Positions 38,201 to 50,300 of a DNA stretch of 64,000 nt are shown piece by piece (position 1 is the first letter of the stretch; each line of letters begins with the position of its first letter). The stretch lies in contig NC_134025.1 in the NCBI RefSeq assembly GCF_964204645.1, positions 2,046,001 through 2,110,000 of the forward strand, read 5' to 3'. Made by a program: the position numbers and the translations under genes. Below the pieces are notes generated by a model. It worked only from the letters and a program-made list of their open reading frames with translations, searched no databases and was not told the DNA's origin. The stretch comes from Tubulanus polymorphus (taxonomy: Eukaryota > Animalia > Nemertea).

Positions 38201-41200
38201 CCTGTAACACCAGGAGTCACTCAACCACCAGTAACACCAGGCGTTACTCAACCACCAGTAACACCAGGAGTCACTCAACCACCAGTAACACCAGGTGTCA
38301 CTCAACCGCCAGTTACACCAGGAGTCACTCAACCACCAGTAACACCCGGGGTCACTCAACCACCAGTCACACCAGGTGTCACTCAACCACCAGTAACACC
38401 AGGCGTTACTCAACCACCAGTTACACCAGGTGTCACTCAACCACCAGTAACACCAGGAGTCACCCAACCACCTGTAACACCAGGTGTCACTAAACCACCA
38501 GTAACACCAGGAGTCACTCAACCACCTGTAACACCAGGAGTCACTCAACCACCAGTCACACCTGGCGTTACCCAACCACCAGTAACACCAGGGGTCACTA
38601 AACCACCAGTCACACCAGGTGTCACTCAACCACCAGTTACACCAGGAGTCACCAAACAACCAGTAACACCAGGAGTCACTCAACCACCAGTAACACCAGG
38701 CGTTACTCAACCACCAGTAACACCAGGAGTCACTCAACCACCAGTAACACCAGGTGTCACTCAACCACCAGTTACACCAGGAGTCACTCAACCACCAGTA
38801 ACACCAGGCGTCACCCAACCACCTGTAACACCAGGAGTCACTCAACCACCAGTAACACCAGGCGTTACTCAACCACCAGTAACACCAGGAGTCACTCAAC
38901 CACCAGTAACACCAGGTGTCACTCAACCGCCAGTTACACCAGGAGTCACTCAACCACCAGTAACACCAGGGGTCACTCAACCACCAGTCACACCAGGTGT
39001 CACTCAACCACCAGTAACACCAGGCGTTACTCAACCACCAGTTACACCAGGTGTCACTCAACCACCAGTAACACCAGGAGTCACCCAACCACCTGTAACA
39101 CCAGGTGTCACTAAACCACCAGTAACACCAGGAGTCACTCAACCACCTGTAACACCAGGGGTCACTCAACCCCCAGTAACACCAGGAATCACCCAACCAC
39201 CAGTAACACCAGGGGTCACTAAACCACCAGTCACACCAGGTGTCACTCAACCACCAGTTACACCAGGAGTCACCAAACCACCAGTAACACCAGGAGTCAC
39301 TCAACCACCAGTAACACCAGGCGTTACTCAACCACCAGTAACACCAGGAGTCACTCAACCACCAGTAACACCAGGTGTCACTCAACCACCAGTAACACCA
39401 GGTCTTACTCAACCACCAGTTACACCAGGAGTCACTAAACCACCAGTAACACCAGGAGTCACTCAACCACCAGTAACACCAGGCGTCACCCAACCACCTG
39501 TAACACCAGGAGTCACTCAACCACCAGTTACACCAGGAGTCACTCAACCACCAGTTACACCAGGTCTTACTCAACCACCAGTTACACCAGGAGTCACTCA
39601 ACCACCAGTAACACCAGGTGTCACTCAACCACCAGTAACACCAGGTCTTACTCAACCACCAGTTACACCAGGAGTCACTCAACCACCAGTAACACCAGGA
39701 GTCACTCAACCACCAGTAACACCAGGAGTCACTCAACCACCTGTAACACCAGGAGTCACTCAACCACCAATTACACCAGGAGTCACTCAACCACCAGTTA
39801 CTCCTGGCATTACCCAACCACCAGTAACACCAGGGGTCACTCAACCACCAGTCACACCAGGTGTCACTCAACCACCAGTTACACCAGGAGTCACCAAACC
39901 ACCAGTAACACCAGGAGTCACCCAACCACCTGTAACACCAGGCGTCACCCAACCACCTGTAACACCAGGAGTCACTCAACCACCAGTTACACCAGGAGTC
40001 ACTCAACCACCAGTAACACCTGGCGTTACCCAACCACCAGTAACACCAGGGGTCACTCAACCACCAGTCACACCAGGTGTCACTCAACCACCAGTTACAC
40101 CAGGAGTCACCAAACCACCAGTAACACCAGGAGTCACCCAACCACCTGTAACACCAGGAGTCACTCAACCACCAGTAACACCAGGCGTTACTCAACCACC
40201 AGTAACACCAGGTGTCACTCAACCACCAGTTACACCAGGAGTCACTCAACCGCCAGTAACACCAGGGGTCACTCAACCACCAGTAACACCAGGGGTCACT
40301 CAACCACCAGTCACACCAGGTGTCACTCAACCACCAGTAACACCAGGCGTTACTCAACCACCAGTTACGCCAGGTGTCACTCAACCACCAGTAACACCAG
40401 GAGTCACCCAACCACCTGTAACACCAGGAGTCACTCAACCACCAGTAACACCAGGAGTCACTCAACCACCAGTAACACCAGGAGTCACTAAACCACCAGT
40501 TACACCAGGCGTCACTCAACCACCAGTAACACCAGGAGTCACTCAACCGCCAGTTACACCAGGTCTCACTCAACCCCCAGTAACACCAGGAATCACCCAA
40601 CCACCAGTTACACCAGGTGTCACTAAACCACCAGTAACACCAGGCGTCACTCAACCACCAGTAACACCAGGAGTCACTCAACCACCAGTTACACCAGGAG
40701 TCACTCAACCACCAGTAACACCTGGCGTTACCCAACCACCAGTGACACCAGGGGTCACTCAACCACCAGTCACACCAGGTGTCACTCAACCACCAGTTAC
40801 ACCAGGAGTCACCAAACCACCAGTAACACCAGGAGTCACCCAACCACCTGTAACACCAGGAGTCACTCAACCACCAGTAACACCAGGCGTTACTCAACCA
40901 CCAGTAACACCAGGTGTCACTCAACCACCAGTTACACCAGGAGTCACTCAACCGCCAGTAACACCAGGGGTCACTCAACCACCAGTAACACCAGGGGTCA
41001 CTCAACCACCAGTCACACCAGGTGTCACTCAACCACCAGTAACACCAGGCGTTACTCAACCACCAGTTACACCAGGTGTCACTCAACCACCAGTAACACC
41101 AGGAGTCACCCAACCACCTGTAACACCAGGTGTCACTAAACCACCAGTATCACCAGGAGTCACTCAACCACCTGTAACACCAGGGGTCACTCAACCACCA

Positions 41201-44200
41201 GTCACACCTGGCGTTACCCAACCACCAGTAACACCAGGGGTCACTAAACCACCAGTCACACCAGGTGTCACTCAACCACCAGTAACACCAGGCGTTACTC
41301 AACCACCAGTAACACCAGGAGTCACTCAACCACCAGTAACACCAGGTGTCACTCAACCACCAGTTACACCAGGAGTCACTCAACCACCAGTAACACCAGG
41401 GGTCACTCAACCACCAGTAACACCAGGTGTCACTAAACCACCAGTAACACCAGGACTCACTCAACCACCTGTAACACCAGGGGTCACTCAACCACCAGTC
41501 ACACCTGGCGTTACCCAACCACCAGTAACACCAGGGGTCACTAAACCACCAGTCACACCAGGTGTCACTCAACCACCAGTTACACCAGGAGTCACCAAAC
41601 CACCAGTAACACCAGGAGTCACCCAACCACCTGTAACACCAGGAGTCACTCAACCACCAGTAACACCAGGTGTCACTCAACCACCAGTTACACCAGGAGT
41701 CACTCAACCACCAGTAACACCAGGGGTCACTCAACCACCAGTAACACCAGGTGTCACTAAACCACCGGTAACACCAGGAGTCACTCAACCACCTGTAACA
41801 CCAGGGGTCACTCAACCACCAGTAACACCAGGAGTCACTAAACCACCAGTTACGCCAGGAGTCACTCAACCACCTGTAACACCAGGGGTCACTCAACCAC
41901 CAGTCACACCAGGTGTCACTCAACCACCAGTAACACCAGGAGTCACCCAACCACCTGTAACACCAGGAGTCACTCAACCACCAGTAACACCAGGAGTCAC
42001 TCAACCACCAGTAACACCAGGAGTCACTAAACCACCAGTTACACCAGGCGTCACTCAACCACCAGTAACACCAGGAGTCACTCAACCACCAGTAACACCA
42101 GGTGTCACTCAACCGCCAGTAACACCAGGAGTCACCCAACCACCTGTAACACCAGGAGTCACTCAACCACCAGTAACACCAGGAGTCACTCAACCACCAG
42201 TAACACCAGGAGTCACTAAACCACCAGTTACACCAGGCGTCACTCAACCACCAGTAACACCAGGAGTCACTCAACCACCTGTAACACCAGGGGTCACTCA
42301 ACCACCAGTAACACCAGGAGTCACTAAACCACCAGTTACGCCAGGAGTCACTCAACCACCTGTAACACCAGGGGTCACTCAACCACCAGTCACACCAGGT
42401 GTCACTCAACCACCAGTAACACCAGGAGTCACCCAACCACCTGTAACACCAGGAGTCACTCAACCACCAGTAACACCAGGAGTCACTCAACCACCAGTAA
42501 CACCAGGAGTCACTAAACCACCAGTTACACCAGGCGTCACTCAACCACCAGTAACACCAGGAGTCACTCAACCACCAGTAACACCAGGTGTCACTCAACC
42601 GCCAGTAACACCAGGAGTCACCCAACCACCTGTAACACCAGGAGTCACTCAACCACCAGTAACACCAGGAGTCACTCAACCACCAGTAACACCAGGAGTC
42701 ACTAAACCACCAGTTACACCAGGCGTCACTCAACCACCAGTAACACCAGGAGTCACTCAACCACCAGTAACACCAGGTCTCACTCAACCCCCAGTAACAC
42801 CAGGAATCACCCAACCACCAGTTACACCAGGTGTCACTAAACCACCAGTAACACCAGGAGTCACTCAACCACCAGTAACACCAGGAGTCACTAAACCACC
42901 AGTTACACCAGGCGTCACTCAACCACCAGTAACACCAGGAGTCACTCAACCACCAGTAACACCAGGTCTCACTCAACCCCCAGTAACACCAGGAATCACC
43001 CAACCACCAGTTACACCAGGTGTCACTAAACCACCAGTTACACCAGGCGTCACTCAACCACCAGTAACACCAGGAGTCACTCAACCACCAGTAACACCAG
43101 GTGTCACTCAACCACCAGTAACACCAGGAGTCACCCAACCACCTGTAACACCAGGAGTCACTCAACCACCAGTAACACCAGGAGTCACTCAACCACCAGT
43201 AACACCAGGAGTCACTAAACCACCAGTTACACCAGGCGTCACTCAACCACCAGTAACACCAGGAGTCACTCAACCACCAGTAACACCAGGTCTCACTCAA
43301 CCCCCAGTAACACCAGGAATCACCCAACCACCAGTTACACCAGGTGTCACTCAACCACCAGTAACACCAGGAGTCACTCAACCACCAGTAACACCAGGAG
43401 TCACTAAACCACCAGTTACACCAGGCGTCACTCAACCACCAGTAACACCAGGAGTCACTCAACCACCAGTAACACCAGGTCTCACTCAACCCCCAGTAAC
43501 ACCAGGAATCACCCAACCACCAGTTACACCAGGTGTCACTCAACCACCAGTAACACCAGGAGTCACTCAACCACCAGTAACACCAGGTCTCACTCAACCC
43601 CCAGTAACACCAGGAATCACCCAACCACCAGTTACACCAGGTGTCACTAAACCACCAGTTACACCAGGCGTCACTCAACCACCAGTAACACCAGGAGTCA
43701 CTCAACCACCAGTAACACCAGGTGTCACTCAACCACCAGTAACACCAGGAGTCACCCAACCACCTGTAACACCAGGAGTCACTCAACCACCAGTAACACC
43801 AGGAGTCACTCAACCACCAGTAACACCAGGAGTCACTAAACCACCAGTTACACCAGGCGTCACTCAACCACCAGTAACACCAGGAGTCACTCAACCACCA
43901 GTAACACCAGGTCTCACTCAACCCCCAGTAACACCAGGAATCACCCAACCACCAGTTACACCAGGTGTCACTAAACCACCAGTAACACCAGGCGTCACTC
44001 AACCACCAGTAACACCAGAAGTCACCCAACCACCTGTAACACCAGGAGTCACTCAACCACCAGTAACACCAGGAGTCACTCAACCACCAGTAACACCAGG
44101 AGTCACTAAACCACCAGTTACACCAGGCGTCACTCAACCACCAGTAACACCAGGAGTCACTCAACCACCAGTAACACCAGGTGTCACTCAACCACCAGTT

Positions 44201-45098
44201 ACACCCGGAGTCACTCAACCACCAGTTACACCAGGTCTCACTCAACCCCCAGTTACACCAGGAGTCACTCAACCACCAGTTACACCAGGAGTCACTCAAC
44301 CACCAGTAACACCAGGAGTCACTCAACCACCAGTAACACCAGGAGTCACTCAACCACCAGTAACACCAGGCGTTACTCAACCACCAGTAACACCAGGAGT
44401 CACTCAACCACCAGTAACACCAGGTGTCACTCAACCACCAGTTACACCCGGAGTCACTCAACCACCAGTTACACCAGGTCTCACTCAACCCCCAGTTACA
44501 CCAGGAGTCACTCAACCACCAGTTACACCAGGAGTCACTCAACCACCAGTAACACCAGGAGTCACTCAACCACCAGTAACACCAGGAGTCACTAAACCAC
44601 CAGTTACACCAGGCGTCACTCAACCACCAGTAACACCAGGAGTCACTCAACCACCAGTAACACCAGGTGTCACTCAACCACCAGTTACACCCGGAGTCAC
44701 TCAACCACCAGTTACACCAGGTCTCACTCAACCCCCAGTTACACCAGGAGTCACTCAACCACCAGTTACACCAGGAGTCACTCAACCACCAGTAACACCA
44801 GGTGTCACTCAACCGCCAGTTACACCAGGAATCACCCAACCACCAGTTACACCAGGTGTCACTAAACCACCAGTAACACCAGGCGTCACTCAACCACCAG
44901 TAACACCAGGAGTCACCCAACCACCAGTAACACCAGGGGTAACTCAACCACCAGTAACACCAGGAGTCACTCAACCACCAGTAACACCAGGTGTCACTCA
45001 ACCACCAGTTACACCAGGAGTCACACAACCTCCAGTTACACCAAACGTCACACAACCTTTAGTAACACCAGGAGTCACCCAACCACCAGTAACACCAG
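29208..45098 (+). CDS. Giant mucin PTS exon 2 (15,891 nt, ~585 x TQPPVTPGV)
   Basis: tttacag|TA at 29208; donor CCAG|gtataa at 45099; phase 1-1; same frame as the 5003-aa track ORF. Confidence 0.85.
29282..45098 (+). repeat. Coding minisatellite, 27-bp unit TQPPVTPGV
   Basis: Directly visible tandem array. Confidence 0.97.
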
Positions 45099-45177
45099 GT
45101 ATAATCGCACAAAACGTGTTTCATTTGATAATGGATGGCTAGAAATTTGATGTTTTAATATTGTATTTCATCTGCAG

Positions 45178-45324
45178 TGCGCCATACCACTGTCATCAGT
45201 ACGTCTACTCATTTAACTACAACCTGTATGGTGAACCAGTTTATATGTAGTAAATGCGTCGATAATTCCGCTAGATGTGATGGGATACCGGACTGTGATG
45301 ATGGAAGTGATGAGATAGGATGTG
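45178..45324 (+). CDS. Exon: Thr-rich linker + LDLa module
   Basis: ctgcag|TG...G|gtatgt; [33 protein letters not shown]. Confidence 0.85.
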
Positions 45325-45513
45325 GTATGTTTATGTATTATATTATATTATTATATCAATCTGCCGCATATGATGGCTTTCTTTATAAAATCATTTTATT
45401 AGAATCATTTTCATCAGAAATATAGAATAGTTTCCTGTAAATGTTTTCATTGATGCACGTTCATATTCTAGCTACGAAGCTTATTCAAATTATGTAACGT
45501 TATTATTATGTAG

Positions 45514-45627
45514 TTACCACTCCACGCATTACCCTTACTTCAAGCGCTCCTACCTCTTCACAAACCTCTCCCTTTGCAACGTCATCTACAATGTCAGGAT
45601 CAACTACAGCTCCGCAAACTACTACCA
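45514..45627 (+). CDS. Exon: Ser/Thr-rich linker
   Basis: atgtag|TT...A|gtgagt; 114 nt, phase 1-1; VTTPRITLTSSAPTSSQTSP. Confidence 0.75.
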
Positions 45628-45763
45628 GTGAGTAATGCTTTATTGATTCTCTAAAATCATTCTGTACAAGTCTTTTGTATTATAGAGTGTATTTTCTAAT
45701 TCTGATTAAATTCCAGTTTCGAATAAAGTAAGCGAGAATCTTGTTACATGTGTAATTTTTTAG

Positions 45764-46056
45764 GTACCACGTGCAAAGAACCCGTGGAATTAGACTTCGG
45801 ATCTACTAGTCTACTGGTTACTGCTAGTTCAGAACTATCGCCAGCCCGAGATGCTTTACGCAATTCTAAAAAGGTTTTCCGATTCACCGAGAGAAATTGG
45901 ATAAACGACAGAGCAAATGATGGAGTGTATTATCAATTCGAAATTAAAAGTTCCAATGCTCGGTTGATCGACGTCGAGTTTTTTGAAATGTTCGGCCAGA
46001 CTTTCTTGTTTAAAACAAGCGTTGACGGCAAAACGTGGCTCAACGTGAAAGAAGAG
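45764..46056 (+). CDS. Exon: F5/8C-like N-half
   Basis: ttttag|GT...GAG|gtaaat; CKEPVEL...VTASS...QTFLFKTSVDGKTW. Confidence 0.8.
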
Positions 46057-46135
46057 GTAAATGTAGTTTTTATGAGGAATATTATACGTGTTCTGTTGAG
46101 GTAGCAGAATGAAAAGATAACGCCTTACCTTTCAG

Positions 46136-46280
46136 GCGGTTGACCCAGTCGCACAGGTGAAATTGAAAGTTCCACTTGGGAACCGCGAGGCAAGGTTTCT
46201 ACGAATATATATAAAAGGGGCTAAAGATCAACCATCAGCTGTTTTAGTTAATGCAGTCTTAAGGGCTTGTTTTGAGGGTG
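46136..46280 (+). CDS. Exon: F5/8C-like C-half
   Basis: tttcag|GCG...G|gtaagt; EARFLRIY...VLRACFE. Confidence 0.8.
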
Positions 46281-46453
46281 GTAAGTCAATCTTATACTTT
46301 TTATATGATATTTTCTCCAGCGAGTATAATTTTACCATCCTTCCTGGCAGGAATTCGAACCTAATGGCATCGCTACACTCGGCAACACTAGACCGGTTGC
46401 GCAGGCACATGCGCAGGCTTGCGTAATGACGGAAATCGTAATGACATCGCACT

Positions 46454-46619
46454 CAGGGCCATTTTCGGTTATTTGAGTTAGTCGACTAAAGCACGTCTAA
46501 GTGAAACCGAATTTCAGTTAGTCGGAGCTATATTCCGGAAATAGTTCGGAAAGTAAGCGCATTCGGTTATTAGTTCCGTCTACTCAGTCGACTAGATACG
46601 AAAACCGAATTTGGCCCAG
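46454..46619. mobile_element. ~166-bp imperfect palindrome, MITE-like, intronic
   Basis: Left end cagggccattttcggtt...tagtcgact mirrors right end agtcgacta...aaccgaatttggcccag; centre is palindromic ttccggaa at 46533-46540, exactly the midpoint. Confidence 0.5.
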
Positions 46620-47059
46620 GCTAGTGCGGCAGGGATTTGTTCGTGGTTGAGTCTAGCGGTGAAATCAGGTTCTAGTAAACCCTGCCGGGGCGGATGACTA
46701 GCGGCGTTTGTTGCGAAATTCTATGATAGATCGATTCTTCGTTATCTTGATTTTAATCAAATATGATACTTTTTTCAATTCAAAGGCCATATCAGATTCA
46801 CACATCGTTATTTTTTTTGCTATGTATGGTTGAACCGACTTTTTATTTACAATTCGTTCGTAACGATGAAATTGTCAATTTGATACTAATTGTGATTCCT
46901 CTTTCTCTTGCAGATGTGTTGTTCGATCAACGCTTATACAAACCTCCTGAACTATCTTCCATCCCCTGACAAACCTTATTCCTTCCTTTCAACACTAGCG
47001 TTATCCCACATTCATTCAGTCATTAATATCTAAATTGAAGTTTTCTTTATCATATGCAG

Positions 47060-47122
47060 GATCAACTTCTGCTATTTCCACAGCAGAAACAACTCCAATG
47101 AGCACGTCAACAGCAACAAAAG
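47060..47122 (+). CDS. Exon: Ser/Thr-rich linker (63 nt)
   Basis: atgcag|GA...AAG|gttagt; phase 1-1; GSTSAISTAETTPMSTSTATK. Confidence 0.7.
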
Positions 47123-47391
47123 GTTAGTACTACTTACTACACATCATTCAATATATTAAGTATAAATTGATATTCAGGTTTTCCCACATTTTTGCTTCTT
47201 TACATTCTGGTCGTAATGAACCGATAAAATAATCACGCAAACAAATACTCTACATCAGATAAATAAACGAATCCAATTTAGAAGATTGCCGGTTCAACAC
47301 TCGAACATTAAAGACTTCATTCATTATAGATATCACAATGCCCACATCCTTCTAATCGGTTATTTTGGTGACTTTTGAAATAATTATTTAG

Positions 47392-50300
47392 TTTCAACGA
47401 CTTTGACCAGTGTCTCTACCGGGCCAACCAGTAGTTACTCTACTGAGCTAACTAGCAGTTTCTCTACTGGGCCAACTACTGCAAGCATGTCTACTGGACC
47501 TACGAGTAGTATCTCTACAGGACCAACTAGCAGTTTCTCTTCTGGACCAACAACTCCAAGCATGTCTACTGGACCAACTAGCAGTTTCTCTACAGGACCA
47601 ACAACTGCAAGCATGTCTACTGGATCAATGAGTAGTGTCTCTACTGGGCCAACTAGCAGTTTCTCGACAGGACCAACAACTGCAAGCACGTCTACTGGAC
47701 CAACTAGCAGTTTCTCTACGGGACCAACAACTGCAAGCATGTCTACTGGACCAACTAGTAGTTTCTCAACCGGGCCAACAACTGCAAGCATGTCAACCGG
47801 ACCAACAAGCAGTTTCTCTACAGGACCAACAACTGCAAGCACGTCTACTGGACCAACTAGCAGTTTCTCTACGGGACCAACAACTGCAAGCATGTCTACT
47901 GGACCAACTAGTCGTTTCTCAACCGGGCCAACAACTGCAAGCATGTCTACTGGACCAACTAGCAGTTTCTCAACCGGGCCAACAACTCCAAGCATGTCTA
48001 CTGGACCAACTAGCAGTTTCTCTACAGGACCAACAACTGCAAGCATGTCTACTGGATCAATGAGTAGTGTCTCTACTGGGCCAACTAGCAGTTTCTCGAC
48101 AGGACCAACAACTGCAAGCACGTCTACTGGACCAACTAGCAGTTTCTCTACGGGACCAACAACTGCAAGCATGTCTACTGGACCAACTAGTAGTTTCTCA
48201 ACCGGGCCAACAACTGCAAGCATGTCAACCGGACCAACAAGCAGTTTCTCTACAGGACCAACAACTGCAAGCATGTCTACTGGACCAACTAGCAGTTTCT
48301 CAACCGGGCCAACAACTGCAAGCATGTCTACTGGACCAACTAGCAGTTTCTCCACAGGACCAACTAGCAGTTTCTCTACAGGACCAACAACTGCAAGCAT
48401 GTCTACTGGATCAATGAGTAGTGTCTCTACTGGGCCAACTAGCAGTTTCTCGACAGGACCAACAACTGCAAGCACGTCTACTGGACCAACTAGCAGTTTC
48501 TCTACGGGACCAACAACTGCAAGCATGTCTACTGGACCAACTAGTAGTTTCTCAACCGGGCCAACAACTGCAAGCATGTCTACTGGGCCAACAAGCAGTT
48601 TCTCTACAGGACCAACAACTGCAAGCATGTCTACTGGACCAACTAGCAGTTTCTCAACCGGGCCAACAACTCCAAGCATGTCTACTGGGCCAACAAGCAG
48701 TTTCTCTACAGGACCAACAACTGCAAGCATGTCTACTGGACCAACTAGCAGTTTCTCAACCGGGCCAACAACTCCGAGCACGTCTACTGGACCAACTAGC
48801 AGTTTCTCTACAGGACCAACTAGCAGTTTCTCTACAGGGCCAACTAGTAGTTTCTCTACGGGGCCAACTAGCAGCTTCTCTACAGGACCAACTAGCAGTT
48901 TCTCAACCGGGCCAACAACTGCAAGCATGTCTACTGGACCAACTAGCAGTTTCTCGACAGGACCAACAACTGCAAGCACGTCTACTGGACCAACTAGCAG
49001 TTTCTCTACAGGACCAACCACTGCAAGCATGTCTACTGGACCAACTAGCAGCTTCTCTTCAGGACCAACTAGCAGTTTCTCTACCGGACCAACTAGCAGT
49101 TTCTCTACTGGTCCTACGAGCAGTTACTCTACGGGACCAACTAGCAGTTTCTCAACCGGGCCAACAACTGCAAGCATGTCTACTGGACCAACTAGCAGTT
49201 TCTCTACAGGACCAACTAGCAGTTTCTCTACCGGGCCAACAACTGCAAGCATGTCTACTGGACCAACTAGCAGTTTCTCTACAGGACCTACGAGCAGTTT
49301 CTCTACCGGACCAACTAGCAGTTTCTCTACTGGTCCTACGAGCAGTTACTCTACGGGACCAACTAGCAGTTTCTCAACCGGGCCAACAACTGCAAGCATG
49401 TCTACTGGACCAACTAGCAGTTTCTCGACAGGACCAACAACTGCAAGCACGTCTACTGGACCAACTAGCAGTTTCTCTACAGGACCAACCACTGCAAGCA
49501 TGTCTACTGGACCAACTAGCAGCTTCTCTACAGGACCAACTAGCAGTTTCTCTACCGGGCCAACAACTGCAAGCATGTCTACTGGACCAACTAGCAGTTT
49601 CTCTACAGGACCTACGAGCAGTTTCTCTACCGGACCAACTAGCAGTTTCTCTACTGGTCCTACGAGCAGTTACTCTACGGGACCAACTAGCAGTTTCTCT
49701 ACTGGACCAACAACTGCAAGCATGTCTACTGGACCTACGAGTAGTATCTCTACAGGACCAACTAGCAGTTTCTCTTCTGGACCAACAACTCCAAGCATGT
49801 CTACTGGACCAACTAGCAGTTTCTCTACAGGACCAACAACTGCAAGCATGTCTACTGGATCAATGAGTAGTGTCTCTAGTGGGCCAACTAGCAGTTTCTT
49901 GACAGGACCAACAACTGCAAGCACGTCTACTGGACCAACTAGCAGTTTCTCTACGGGACCAACAACTGCAAGCATGTCTACTGGACCAACTAGTAGTTTC
50001 TCAACCGGGCCAACAACTGCAAGCATGTCAACCGGACCAACAAGCAGTTTCTCTACAGGACCAACAACTGCAAGCATGTCTACTGGACCAACTAGCAGTT
50101 TCTCAACCGGGCCAACAACTGCAAGCATGTCTACTGGACCAACTAGCAGTTTCTCCACAGGACCAACTAGCAGTTTCTCTACGGGACCAACAACTGCAAG
50201 CATGTCTACTGGGCCAACAAGCAGTTTCTCTACAGGACCAACAACTGCAAGCATGTCTACTGGACCAACTAGCAGTTTCTCAACCGGGCCAACAACTCCA

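Noticed and set aside
235-45055. Very long minus-strand Trp/Cys-rich ORFs (WWLSDSWCY)n, up to 2830 aa
   Set aside because: Antisense shadow of the 27-bp repeat. They break wherever conservative sense-strand variants (V>L, T>S) create stops, sense-synonymous changes are non-synonymous in them, and all splice signals and domain exons are on the + strand.
244-45098. CRISPR-like or non-coding satellite interpretation of the 27-bp arrays
   Set aside because: No unique spacers or cas genes; units are head-to-tail, codon-structured and bounded by splice sites.
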